From a virus (taxonomy: Duplodnaviria; Heunggongvirae; Uroviricota; Caudoviricetes), in the IMG/VR virus record IMGVR_UViG_3300010279_000462: 64,000 nt of DNA; one strand, given 5' to 3'. Of this stretch, positions 25,002-32,750 are shown one piece after another. The stretch's first letter is position 1; each line of letters starts with the position of its first letter. The position numbers and the translations under genes are program-made. The notes under the pieces were generated by a model. It was not told where the DNA came from and did not search any database. It saw only the letters and a list, made by a program, of their open reading frames with translations.

Positions 25002-25059
25002 GTACAATATCCACGATCTTGTGAGGAAATCATTGTGCAGGATATGATGCACACCGGCC

Positions 25060-25090
25060 TTGCTATTTGAGCAAAACAGAGGCATATATA
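25060..25090 (+). promoter_or_regulatory. promoter cassette copy (TTGCTA ... ATATAT)
   Basis: CCGGCCTTGCTATTTGAGCAAAACAGAGGCATATATAG. Confidence 0.45.
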
Positions 25091-25134
25091 GCATACCGCC
25101 AGACAAGAGCGGAAAACGAAGGGAGATAAAGAAC

Positions 25135-25626
25135 ATGAATAAAACAAAGTATTACATCGCCTACGGCAGCAACCTGTCGGTAAAGCAGATGGCGCACCGA
25201 TGCCCGGATGCCCGCGTTGCGGGTCAGGCGGTGCTGGAAGACTGGGAACTGCTGTTCAAGGGCTGTGCGACCATCGAACCGAACAAGGAGAAGAACACGC
25301 CTGTTCTGGTGTGGGAGATCTCCGAGGAAGATGAGAAGCGGCTGGATGTCTACGAGGGCTACCCGCATTACTACCGCAAGGAAGACCTGACGGTCGAGGT
25401 GATTAGCGAGGGAGCAGAACCGAAAACGGTCACCGCCATGGTCTACATCATGGAGAACGACTTCGGGCATACCTGTCCGGCCATCAACTATTACGGAGTC
25501 CTGCATGACAGCTACAGGGCTTTGCATTTCCCGATGCACGTCCTTGAGGGTGCGCTGAAGAAGTGCATCGGCAAGGAGGCGGCAGCCCGGATGATCAAGG
25601 AGGTGCAGCACAATGTTTCCGAATGA
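25135..25626 (+). CDS. gamma-glutamyl cyclotransferase (AIG2/GGCT-like) 2
   Basis: YYIAYGSNLSVKQMAHRCP...YEGYPHYY. Confidence 0.75.
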   Translation: MNKTKYYIAYGSNLSVKQMAHRCPDARVAGQAVLEDWELLFKGCATIEPNKEKNTPVLVWEISEEDEKRLDVYEGYPHYYRKEDLTVEVISEGAEPKTVTAMVYIMENDFGHTCPAINYYGVLHDSYRALHFPMHVLEGALKKCIGKEAAARMIKEVQHNVSE

Positions 25627-26071
25627 GAACACCGTAAAAGCCCTGCGCGCGAAGTTCCCGGTCGGCTGCCGTGTGGTGCTGGACCAGATGGACGATGTGC
25701 AGGCCCCGCCCATCGGGACGCAGGGAACCTGCCGAGGCGTGGATGATGCCGGCTCCGTAATGGTCGCGTGGGATTCAGGCGGAAGCCTGAGCGTTGCCTA
25801 TGGCGCGGACAGTTGCCACCGTGTGGCTTCCGAAGAAGAAATCAAGGTGTCGCTCGACCACATCGGTAAAACGCGACACAGGGGCGCATTTTGCCCCAGG
25901 TGCGGAACCAGAGTGGACAAGGAGTATGGACACCAGCTTCAGGCAGTCAGCCGGGTGGCGGACATCCTGATTTGCAACACTTGTGGAACGTCAGAAGCGA
26001 TGGAGGCTTTCCGTGGCAATCAGACGCCCCTTGCTGACTGGGCAATTGTGAAAGCGGGGTGGGTCGAATGA
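25613..26071 (+). CDS. hypothetical conserved phage protein (DUF4314-like)
   Basis: RBS AAGGAGG. VVLDQMDD...GTQG motif and a CPRCG...CNTCG zinc ribbon. Confidence 0.45.
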   Translation: MFPNENTVKALRAKFPVGCRVVLDQMDDVQAPPIGTQGTCRGVDDAGSVMVAWDSGGSLSVAYGADSCHRVASEEEIKVSLDHIGKTRHRGAFCPRCGTRVDKEYGHQLQAVSRVADILICNTCGTSEAMEAFRGNQTPLADWAIVKAGWVE

Positions 26072-26439
26072 AGGTGCTTTTGGTCGAACCGATGAAGCAC
26101 CCGCAGGAGATTGATATTCAGCCGGAGCTGAAAGAGTACTACCGAATCCTCGACTGCGACTGCATCACGGCGACCTACCCTTGGGTGGAGCCGATGGCGT
26201 TGGTGACCGATGACAACGGCCTCTTTACGGACAAGCTTTTCAGCCGGTTCATCCCGGAACTGCAGCAGGCCATCCGGGGCAGCTTCTTCCTCTGCGGGAT
26301 CGGTGGGGAGGACTTTACCGACCTGCCGCCGGACCTGATGGAGAAGTTCAAGAAGCGGTTCTGGTACCCGGAAGCCTTCATCCGAACCGCCAAAGGCATG
26401 ATGGCCTTCCGGCTGGCCGATGACGCACAGCCCGAATAA
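26069..26439 (+). CDS. hypothetical phage protein (DUF3846-like)
   Basis: Starts MKVLLVEPMK. 123 aa. Start overlaps the upstream stop. Confidence 0.4.
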
Positions 26440-26448
26440 ATGCAAAAG

Positions 26449-26480
26449 CCCCTCCAGCGAGATGCCGGAGGGGTTGGTTT
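26449..26480 (+). terminator. terminator-like GC hairpin (CCCCTCC...GGAGGGG) followed by TTGGTTT
   Basis: 7-bp GC stem directly after the 26439 stop. The U-tract is weak. Confidence 0.45.
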
Positions 26481-26683
26481 GTGGAGCGATTGGGGGCCGG
26501 AAAATATCGAGGACCCTTTTCCAGTTTACTGTATATTAGCTCTCAAATGCAAGAATAGCAAGCCGGAATACCGCAAGATCCTGCACGAACTTTGGGCGGC
26601 AGATGTGTGTATATGGTCGAAAGGAAAACGGAGAGTACGAGGAACAGCCCCAGCCTCTGCTGGGGGTTCCTTGGGGGATTCCC

Positions 26684-26935
26684 TTAAAGGAAATCCCTCA
26701 TGCTCATGCCGACTTCGTTGAGCTGCTGTTCAAGGCTCATGTAGTGCCATTCTTCGTCCTCGTTTTCTTCCTCCTCGTCCAGTTCTTCGGGGTAGGGGTC
26801 GTGCTTCCAGCCGCCCTTCCGGTATTCTTCTTCCCGAATGTCGTTGCGGTCGTAAATGTCCAGCTCGTATTCTTCTTCCAGCTCTGCGATGCGTTCCTCG
26901 ATGGCGGTTTCAATCTCGGTGATGGTCTTTTTCAT
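26684..26935 (-). CDS. small highly acidic hypothetical protein (minus strand)
   Basis: Starts MKKTITEIE with RBS GGAGG on the minus strand. A GC hairpin (CAGCCCCAGC/GCTGGGG) lies downstream at about 26650-26675. Confidence 0.5.
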   Translation of the reverse strand: MKKTITEIETAIEERIAELEEEYELDIYDRNDIREEEYRKGGWKHDPYPEELDEEEENEDEEWHYMSLEQQLNEVGMSMRDFL

Positions 26936-27083
26936 GGTCGTGTCCTCCGTTTTCCTTGTGTGTTTCTTTCCTTTCGGTGACTGTATATTCGCTCTAAAAC
27001 ACATATTTATCAAGGCCATTACGCGATATAAATCCACCAAAGAATGCCCCGGATGATTGGCGATAATATGATGTTTTATGGCC

Positions 27084-27112
27084 TTGCTATTCTTCGGACA
27101 TGACGGTAATAT
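27084..27112 (+). promoter_or_regulatory. promoter cassette copy TTGCTA-N17-TAATAT
   Basis: Exact spacing. TTTATGGCCTTGCTATTC subfamily. Confidence 0.6.
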
Positions 27113-27143
27113 GCACATACCGAAACGGAAAGGAGCAAACAAC

Positions 27144-27350
27144 ATGGAACGCTACACCTACGAGATCACCTTCACCCGGCTGGACGGCCAGCCCGAAGAA
27201 GTCCAGCAGTACACCGACGAGGGCTTTGCCAGAGAATGCTTCCGGCTTTTCGATGAGCCGGACAGCGCAGAGATGTACAGCCGCATCCGCCTGACCCGCC
27301 ACGACTGGGAAACCGGCACGGACGAGACGCTGGAAACCTTGGAATTCTGA
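27144..27350 (+). CDS. small acidic hypothetical protein (68 aa)
   Basis: RBS GGAAAGGAGC. First gene behind the promoter copy. Confidence 0.55.
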   Translation: MERYTYEITFTRLDGQPEEVQQYTDEGFARECFRLFDEPDSAEMYSRIRLTRHDWETGTDETLETLEF

Positions 27351-27365
27351 AAGGAGAGAACGAAC

Positions 27366-27905
27366 ATGGATAAGAACTGGAACAAGGCCCGCCTTGATGA
27401 ACTGGCAGCCGATTTTGGCAGCGCGGCATCCCGCCGCAAGCTGGTTCAGGAATTCGGGGATTACCCCGATGCCCTGTGGGGCAACAACGAGAACGGTGAG
27501 AAGGTGATGCTTTCCATCCGGAAGGACGGTCTCACCGAGCGTGTGTTCCAAAACAACCACTGGGTGCGCGTCAGCGAGTACGGTGCGGAAGGACAGATGG
27601 AGGGTGAGACCTACGAGGGGCGGCGGGCTGAATGCCCGAAGCCGACCGAGACCGAACCGGAGGAGCTGGAACTTTCGGACGCGCAGAACGCCCGCAACGA
27701 TGAAATCTACAACGCCGCCTTCGATTTCTGCAAGGTGATGGCCGAGGATGAGAACCTTGAATGGAACATGGAGATCATTGGACAGCTTGCGGACTTTGCC
27801 GCAGAACTCCTGACCGCCCACGGCAGCCGCGTCCGCTTCCCCTCGGTGGTCATCGAGCCGGATGATACCCAGCACATCGAAGAATACTACAGCGAGGAAC
27901 AGTGA
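27366..27905 (+). CDS. acidic hypothetical protein (179 aa)
   Basis: RBS AAAGGAGAG. Co-transcribed with the 27144 gene. Confidence 0.55.
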   Translation: MDKNWNKARLDELAADFGSAASRRKLVQEFGDYPDALWGNNENGEKVMLSIRKDGLTERVFQNNHWVRVSEYGAEGQMEGETYEGRRAECPKPTETEPEELELSDAQNARNDEIYNAAFDFCKVMAEDENLEWNMEIIGQLADFAAELLTAHGSRVRFPSVVIEPDDTQHIEEYYSEEQ

Positions 27906-27951
27906 CACATTTGCCCGAACACAAGGCTGAATGATCGTGTACATTAGCCAC

Positions 27952-27980
27952 TTGCTATTGCCGAACCGTGACGGTAATAT
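27952..27980 (+). promoter_or_regulatory. promoter cassette copy TTGCTA-N17-TAATAT
   Basis: Preceded by GAATGATCGTGTACATT. Confidence 0.6.
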
Positions 27981-28011
27981 ACAGCTACCAAAACGAAAGG
28001 GGTACGAAACC

Positions 28012-28272
28012 ATGACCTACACGAAAATCAGCCTTTACACTTCCAACGGAATCCCGGAGGCACTCAGCAATCTTTGGTACGGAGCAGAAAGCTCGGTGGT
28101 CGAGATTCGGGATGCGGTCGAAGATGCCGAAAACGGCAAAGACCTCCTGCGGCGGCTGGGTGACATAAAGCTCCTGCGGCGGTTCACCCTCGACCGGGAG
28201 AACGAGCAGAGAATTCGACTGAAAAGCACGGACTGCTTCGGGAATGTAAGCTACCTTGAAATCCGAAAGTAA
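28012..28272 (+). CDS. small hypothetical protein (86 aa)
   Basis: RBS AAAGGGG. Starts MTYTKIS. Confidence 0.5.
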   Translation: MTYTKISLYTSNGIPEALSNLWYGAESSVVEIRDAVEDAENGKDLLRRLGDIKLLRRFTLDRENEQRIRLKSTDCFGNVSYLEIRK

Positions 28273-28390
28273 GCGGAAGGACGGGCAGGAGCAAGGGGCT
28301 GGGAAACCGGCCTTTTGCTCGTGTCCGCTCAGTAAAAAGTCGCCCGAATATGTACAAATCATCCGGCAAATGATCGTGTGATCTAGCCGC

Positions 28391-28419
28391 TTGATAGTGT
28401 GCGGACGTGACGGTAATAT
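28391..28419 (+). promoter_or_regulatory. promoter cassette copy TTGATA-N17-TAATAT
   Basis: Upstream ATGTACA...AATGATCGTGTGA. The leader contains GGGGGAAAGCCCC. Confidence 0.65.
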
Positions 28420-28480
28420 ACAGTCACCGCAAGGGGGAAAGCCCCACGGACGACAAAAAACAACGCTGGAGGATACAAAA

Positions 28481-28924
28481 ATGAAGAAGAACGAAGACCG
28501 CATCAACAAACTTTTCGAGGAGCTGGTTCCCATTAGCGGCAAGGCCGACAGCCTCGCCGGGGAGCTGGTCAGAGCCATCAGCCGCATCGGATACCGATTC
28601 TACAACGACGGCGACCTTGTGAACATTGGGTACGGCAAGGAAACCTGCAACCCGGCAGCCCGCTTCCTGATCGCCAAGGGCAATAACGAGATTTCCGACC
28701 TGACGGTTGCCCTTTGGGAAATCTTCAGCGAGGACGCCTACGAAAAGGTGCTGGACACCTTGGAAGGCGCGGTTGCCGACTACATCGAGCAGAACCCCGA
28801 CCTTCGCAAGCAGCCCACCGAAGATATGTGGAGCTTCCGGGATGCGGAAGAAGACAAGGATGACAGCTGGCTAGAGGAAGATGACTGCGAGGAAGACTAC
28901 TACGACGAGGCAGAAGATTTCTAA
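28481..28924 (+). CDS. acidic hypothetical protein (147 aa)
   Basis: RBS GGAGGA. Starts MKKNEDR. Confidence 0.55.
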   Translation: MKKNEDRINKLFEELVPISGKADSLAGELVRAISRIGYRFYNDGDLVNIGYGKETCNPAARFLIAKGNNEISDLTVALWEIFSEDAYEKVLDTLEGAVADYIEQNPDLRKQPTEDMWSFRDAEEDKDDSWLEEDDCEEDYYDEAEDF

Positions 28925-28938
28925 AACACACCAGACAG

Positions 28939-28970
28939 GGGAGCTTGCCGGAAACGGCGGCTCCTTTTCT
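28939..28970 (+). terminator. terminator-like GC hairpin followed by TTTTCTT
   Basis: GGAGCTTGCCG-GAAA-CGGCGGCTCC then TTTTCTT. Confidence 0.45.
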
Positions 28971-29030
28971 TGTGTCAGAACCCGTAAATGTACACCGATC
29001 TGAGGGCGAATGATCGTGTAGTATAGCCGC

Positions 29031-29059
29031 TTGATAATGTGGGACCGTGACGGTAATAT
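29031..29059 (+). promoter_or_regulatory. promoter cassette copy TTGATA-N17-TAATAT
   Basis: Upstream AATGTACA...GAATGATCGTGTAGTATAGCCGC. Confidence 0.65.
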
Positions 29060-29091
29060 ACACTCACAAAAACGAAAGCGAGGAAACGAAC

Positions 29092-29286
29092 ATGAAAAAG
29101 AAGACCCTTACCAAGAAGCAGCAGGAAGCCCTCCTGGAGATTGCCAAGCGCCTGATGGCATCGGTGGACAGCCGCGGCGACCTTGAGGAACGCGGATGCG
29201 ACAGCGAGGACTTCATCGAGGTTCCGGTCTGGGGCATCCAGAAGGCTATGGAGGAAGCCTACCTTCTGGGCAAAGCGAGCCGGTAA
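29092..29286 (+). CDS. small hypothetical protein (64 aa)
   Basis: RBS GCGAGGAAACG. Starts MKKKTLT. Confidence 0.5.
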   Translation: MKKKTLTKKQQEALLEIAKRLMASVDSRGDLEERGCDSEDFIEVPVWGIQKAMEEAYLLGKASR

Positions 29287-29397
29287 GCCCCAGACAGCCC
29301 CCACAAAGGGGCGCAGAAACAAGCAAGCAACGACCCAAGCCAGACCGCACAAGCCCCACGGAGGGGCTGTGTGGCGGCGTGGGGAAAGGACGGAGGA

Positions 29398-29622
29398 ATG
29401 AAGAACATGGAAGAAATCATGATGGATATCATCGTGGAAATCTACAACCACATGGATGAGGGCGACAAAGAAGCCTTCACGCTGGAGGATGCCAAGGAGA
29501 TGGTCGAAGACCAGATCCGGATGGATAAGGAGGCTGGTCGGGAACCGCTGGACTACGACCCACAGTTCTTCTACGACAACATCGTGGACCTCATGGAGCA
29601 GGATGCCGAGGACGAGGATTGA
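29398..29622 (+). CDS. small highly acidic hypothetical protein (about 74 aa)
   Basis: RBS GGACGGAGGA. Starts MKNMEE. Confidence 0.45.
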   Translation: MKNMEEIMMDIIVEIYNHMDEGDKEAFTLEDAKEMVEDQIRMDKEAGREPLDYDPQFFYDNIVDLMEQDAEDED

Positions 29623-29671
29623 TGTACATTCTGCCCGGTATTCCGGGCAGATGATCGTGTAGTATAGCCGC

Positions 29672-29700
29672 TTGATAGTGTGGGGCAGTGACGGTAATAT
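29672..29700 (+). promoter_or_regulatory. promoter cassette copy TTGATA-N17-TAATAT
   Basis: Upstream GATGTACA...AGATGATCGTGTAGTATAGCCGC. Confidence 0.65.
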
Positions 29701-29756
29701 ACAGACACCGAAAGGGAAAAGCCCCAAGGAAAACAAAACACACGGAGGATACTACC

Positions 29757-30059
29757 ATGAAAAAAACCTTTACCAGCACGAAGAACGAGTACCGCTTCAA
29801 GACCACCACCACGCAGGAAGACCTTGAAATGCAGGTTTGCGCCGGAGACGGTATGGTGTGCAAGTACGGTGACCATATCCTGATGGTTGACCCCTATTGG
29901 AAGGGCGGATTCATCGCCGCCATCTACGAGTTCATTGAAACCCCGGAGGAAACCGGGCTTTGCGAATGCGAATGCCGCTTGAATTTCTGCGAGAAGTCGG
30001 AAGCCTCTTTCGAGGATGGCGGCCACGCAATGGCATGGGCCATCAGCCGGGTGCAGTAA
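29757..30059 (+). CDS. cysteine-rich small hypothetical protein (100 aa)
   Basis: RBS CACGGAGGA. Starts MKKTFT. Contains CECECRLNFC. Confidence 0.55.
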   Translation: MKKTFTSTKNEYRFKTTTTQEDLEMQVCAGDGMVCKYGDHILMVDPYWKGGFIAAIYEFIETPEETGLCECECRLNFCEKSEASFEDGGHAMAWAISRVQ

Positions 30060-30178
30060 AGCACCCAAGGGCAAGGCTCCCGGCAGGGGGCTTTTGCTCG
30101 TTGTGGCGTATCCTCCGCGTAGAATTATACACATAAATCCGACAATACCGAGTGCGAATGATTGTGTATCATAGCCGC

Positions 30179-30207
30179 TTGCTATATCCCGGCACTGACG
30201 GTAATAT
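30179..30207 (+). promoter_or_regulatory. promoter cassette copy TTGCTA-N17-TAATAT
   Basis: Upstream TATACA...GAATGATTGTGTATCATAGCCGC. The leader contains GGGGGAAAGCCCC. Confidence 0.6.
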
Positions 30208-30264
30208 ACAGACACCGAAAGGGGGAAAGCCCCACGGAAACAAAACACACGGAGGATACACACC

Positions 30265-30642
30265 ATGATGAAGAAAGCGAAAACCTACCTTGCCAGCATC
30301 GAGAAGGCCACCACCGAGCGGGAGCTGCTCGGCATCGAGATCCAGTTCAAGCAGGACATGACGATCAGCTGCGATGACCTCGGAAAACTTTGCAGGGCGG
30401 CAGAAGACAAGCGGTACACCCTGCGGAACAACGAGGAGACCAAGCGGCTGAAGCACATCCTTTTCTTCCGTACCAAGGCGGAGATGGACGCCTACCACGA
30501 CATGAGCCGCAAGCCGGAAGCGTGGAGCGCAGAGGAAATCGAACACCAGCGCATTCGCTTCTGCAGCGTTTGGCAGGTCATCGAGGAAGCGGAGCTTGCC
30601 GATGAGTATGAGGCTTGGAAGGAAGCCAACCCCAACGCATAA
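30265..30642 (+). CDS. hypothetical protein (125 aa)
   Basis: RBS CACGGAGGA. Starts MMKKAKT. Confidence 0.55.
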   Translation: MMKKAKTYLASIEKATTERELLGIEIQFKQDMTISCDDLGKLCRAAEDKRYTLRNNEETKRLKHILFFRTKAEMDAYHDMSRKPEAWSAEEIEHQRIRFCSVWQVIEEAELADEYEAWKEANPNA

Positions 30643-30650
30643 CCCAAAAA

Positions 30651-30682
30651 GGACACACGCCCCGCAAGGGGCTGTGTCTCGT
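30651..30682 (+). terminator. weak terminator-like hairpin (ACACGCCCC-GCAA-GGGGCTGTGT)
   Basis: GC stem with one bulge. No clear U-tract. Confidence 0.3.
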
Positions 30683-30753
30683 ATCCACCATGTTTCCGAA
30701 AATGGAAAAGATTTTGAATACAAAATAAAAAGTTTCCCAAATGGGAAAATGAT

Positions 30754-30782
30754 TTGATATTCTGCGTATAATATGCTATACT
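30754..30782 (+). promoter_or_regulatory. sigma70-like promoter TTGATA-N17-TATACT
   Basis: Exact spacing. Upstream direct repeats AAATGGAAAAGATTTTGA / AAATGGGAAAATGATTTGA. Confidence 0.5.
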
Positions 30783-30804
30783 AGGAAAAAGGAGGCGGGA
30801 AAGT

Positions 30805-32022
30805 ATGGTTGTGCGAAAAGAATACCTTGATCAGCTTTGGGCATGGAAAGATGAGCAGCAGATTAAGGTTGTGACCGGAATTCGACGCTGTGGAAAGTCT
30901 GTACTTTTGGAACAGTATCAGCAACGTCTTTTAGAAGAGGGGGTTGCACCGGAACAGATTATTTCAATCAATTTTGAAGACATGGATAATGAGCCTTTGA
31001 AGGATTATAGGGAACTGTATCGGTATCTCAAGGAGCATTTGTGCGTTGGTAAAATGACCTATATCTTTTTGGATGAAATTCAGGAAGTTGAGTATTTTGA
31101 AAAGGTGGTCGACAGTCTTTATATCCGAGATGGTGTGGACATCTATATTACAGGCTCGAATGCTTATATGTTGTCAAGTGAGCTTGCGACTCTTTTGTCA
31201 GGTCGATATACAGAAATAAAGATGCTGCCGCTTTCATTCCGCGAATATAGCGCTGTGACAGGTTTGCCGAAAGAAGAAGGTTTTGCGGAGTTTATGAAAA
31301 CCGGCGGAATTCCGTATGTGGCTGCAATGAACCGCACAGATGACAAGGTAAATCAATATCTTGAAGGAATTTATAACACTGTTATCATAAAAGATATTGA
31401 GCAGCGGCAGGCAAGACGAGAAAAAGAAGGCGGAAGACGAAAAATCACGGATATTACGCTGCTGAAGACAATTGCACGATATCTCGCAAGTGTAATCGGT
31501 AGCCCGGTATCTATGAAGAGCATAACTGATTATCTGACATCAGCAGGAAGAAAGGTTTCACAGAACACAGTTAGCGATTATGTTGAAGCATTAACGGAAT
31601 CGTTCGTCTTTTACCCGGTAGAACGCTTTGACATTGTTGGAAAGCAGATTCTAAAGGTCAATAATAAGTTTTACATGGTCGATATGGGAATCAGGAACCA
31701 CATTCTTCCAAGAAAGCGTTATGATCTTGGATTTACCATTGAAAATATTGTGTTCCTTGAACTGACACGAAGAGGAGGACAAATCAATATAGGAAAATAT
31801 GGCTCCACAGAAGTAGATTTTGTGGTACAGAAGGAAGGCGTTCTGACTTATTATCAGGTGACAGCTGACATGACAGCCGAAGAAACATTTGAACGAGAGA
31901 TGCGGCCTTTGCGTAGCATCCAGGACAACTATGAAAAGATTGTATTGACACTGGATCGGTTCTCTCTTGGAAATTACGACGGCATAAAAGTCGTGAATGT
32001 CATTGACTGGCTATTGACATGA
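30805..32022 (+). CDS. AAA+ ATPase (DUF4143-type ATP-binding protein)
   Basis: Walker A GIRRCGKS and Walker B IFLDEIQ. In a low-GC island. Confidence 0.75.
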   Translation: MVVRKEYLDQLWAWKDEQQIKVVTGIRRCGKSVLLEQYQQRLLEEGVAPEQIISINFEDMDNEPLKDYRELYRYLKEHLCVGKMTYIFLDEIQEVEYFEKVVDSLYIRDGVDIYITGSNAYMLSSELATLLSGRYTEIKMLPLSFREYSAVTGLPKEEGFAEFMKTGGIPYVAAMNRTDDKVNQYLEGIYNTVIIKDIEQRQARREKEGGRRKITDITLLKTIARYLASVIGSPVSMKSITDYLTSAGRKVSQNTVSDYVEALTESFVFYPVERFDIVGKQILKVNNKFYMVDMGIRNHILPRKRYDLGFTIENIVFLELTRRGGQINIGKYGSTEVDFVVQKEGVLTYYQVTADMTAEETFEREMRPLRSIQDNYEKIVLTLDRFSLGNYDGIKVVNVIDWLLT

Positions 32023-32270
32023 AGAGGATGCGTATGAATGATGCAAACTTCGGTCCGAAGAAACAAGATGGCAATGCCAATCGGGGTACCACTGATAAAA
32101 TGAGCGTTACGGAATCGCTCACAGGAATTCTAAAAGATGAAAACCTTGAGGCACTAAAAGCGGAGAGGATAAAAGAAAAGTACGAAACTGTTTAATACAC
32201 GATATATTTCAAGGACTTCTTCGGAGGTCCTTTTTCTTTTGCTCATTTTCAAAGAAGGGAGGGAAAGCCA

Positions 32271-32750
32271 ATGGCTACCAGAGGCAGAAAACCAAAGCCA
32301 ACCGCTATCAAGGAACTGGAAGGCAATCCGGGCAAGCATCCGTTGAATGCCAGCGAACCGAAGCCCAACAAGAAAGCACCGGCCTGTCCGAAATGGCTGG
32401 AGCCGGAAGCGAAAAAAGAATGGCGGCGACTCGCCAAGCAGATGGAAGCCATCGGCATCCTGACCGAAGTGGACATGGCGGCCTTTGCCGGTTACTGTCA
32501 GGCATACGCCAGATGGAAAGAAGCCGAAGAATTCATCACCCAGCACGGCAGCATCGTCAAGACCCCGTCCGGCTACTGGCAGCAGGTGCCGCAGGTATCC
32601 ATTGCTCAAACCTACTTGAAAATCATGAACAAGTTTGCAGAGCAGTTCGGTCTGACCCCTTCTTCCCGAAGCCGGATCATTGCATCGGACGAAAGCCCTG
32701 CGGATGCGACCGATGAGATGGAGAATCTGCTGGGAGGAGGTGGCAGCTGA
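32271..32750 (+). CDS. terminase small subunit, P27 family
   Basis: N-terminal GRKPKPTAIKELEGNPGKHPL and overall P27-family pattern. Directly upstream of TerL. Confidence 0.8.
   Translation: MATRGRKPKPTAIKELEGNPGKHPLNASEPKPNKKAPACPKWLEPEAKKEWRRLAKQMEAIGILTEVDMAAFAGYCQAYARWKEAEEFITQHGSIVKTPSGYWQQVPQVSIAQTYLKIMNKFAEQFGLTPSSRSRIIASDESPADATDEMENLLGGGGS

Noticed and set aside
27084-30207. Regularly spaced repeats considered as a possible CRISPR array
   Set aside because: The repeat units are 60-120 bp and irregularly spaced (about 450-900 bp). They contain -35/-10 promoter boxes and precede ORFs with RBSs. They are not 25-40-bp repeats with unique spacers.
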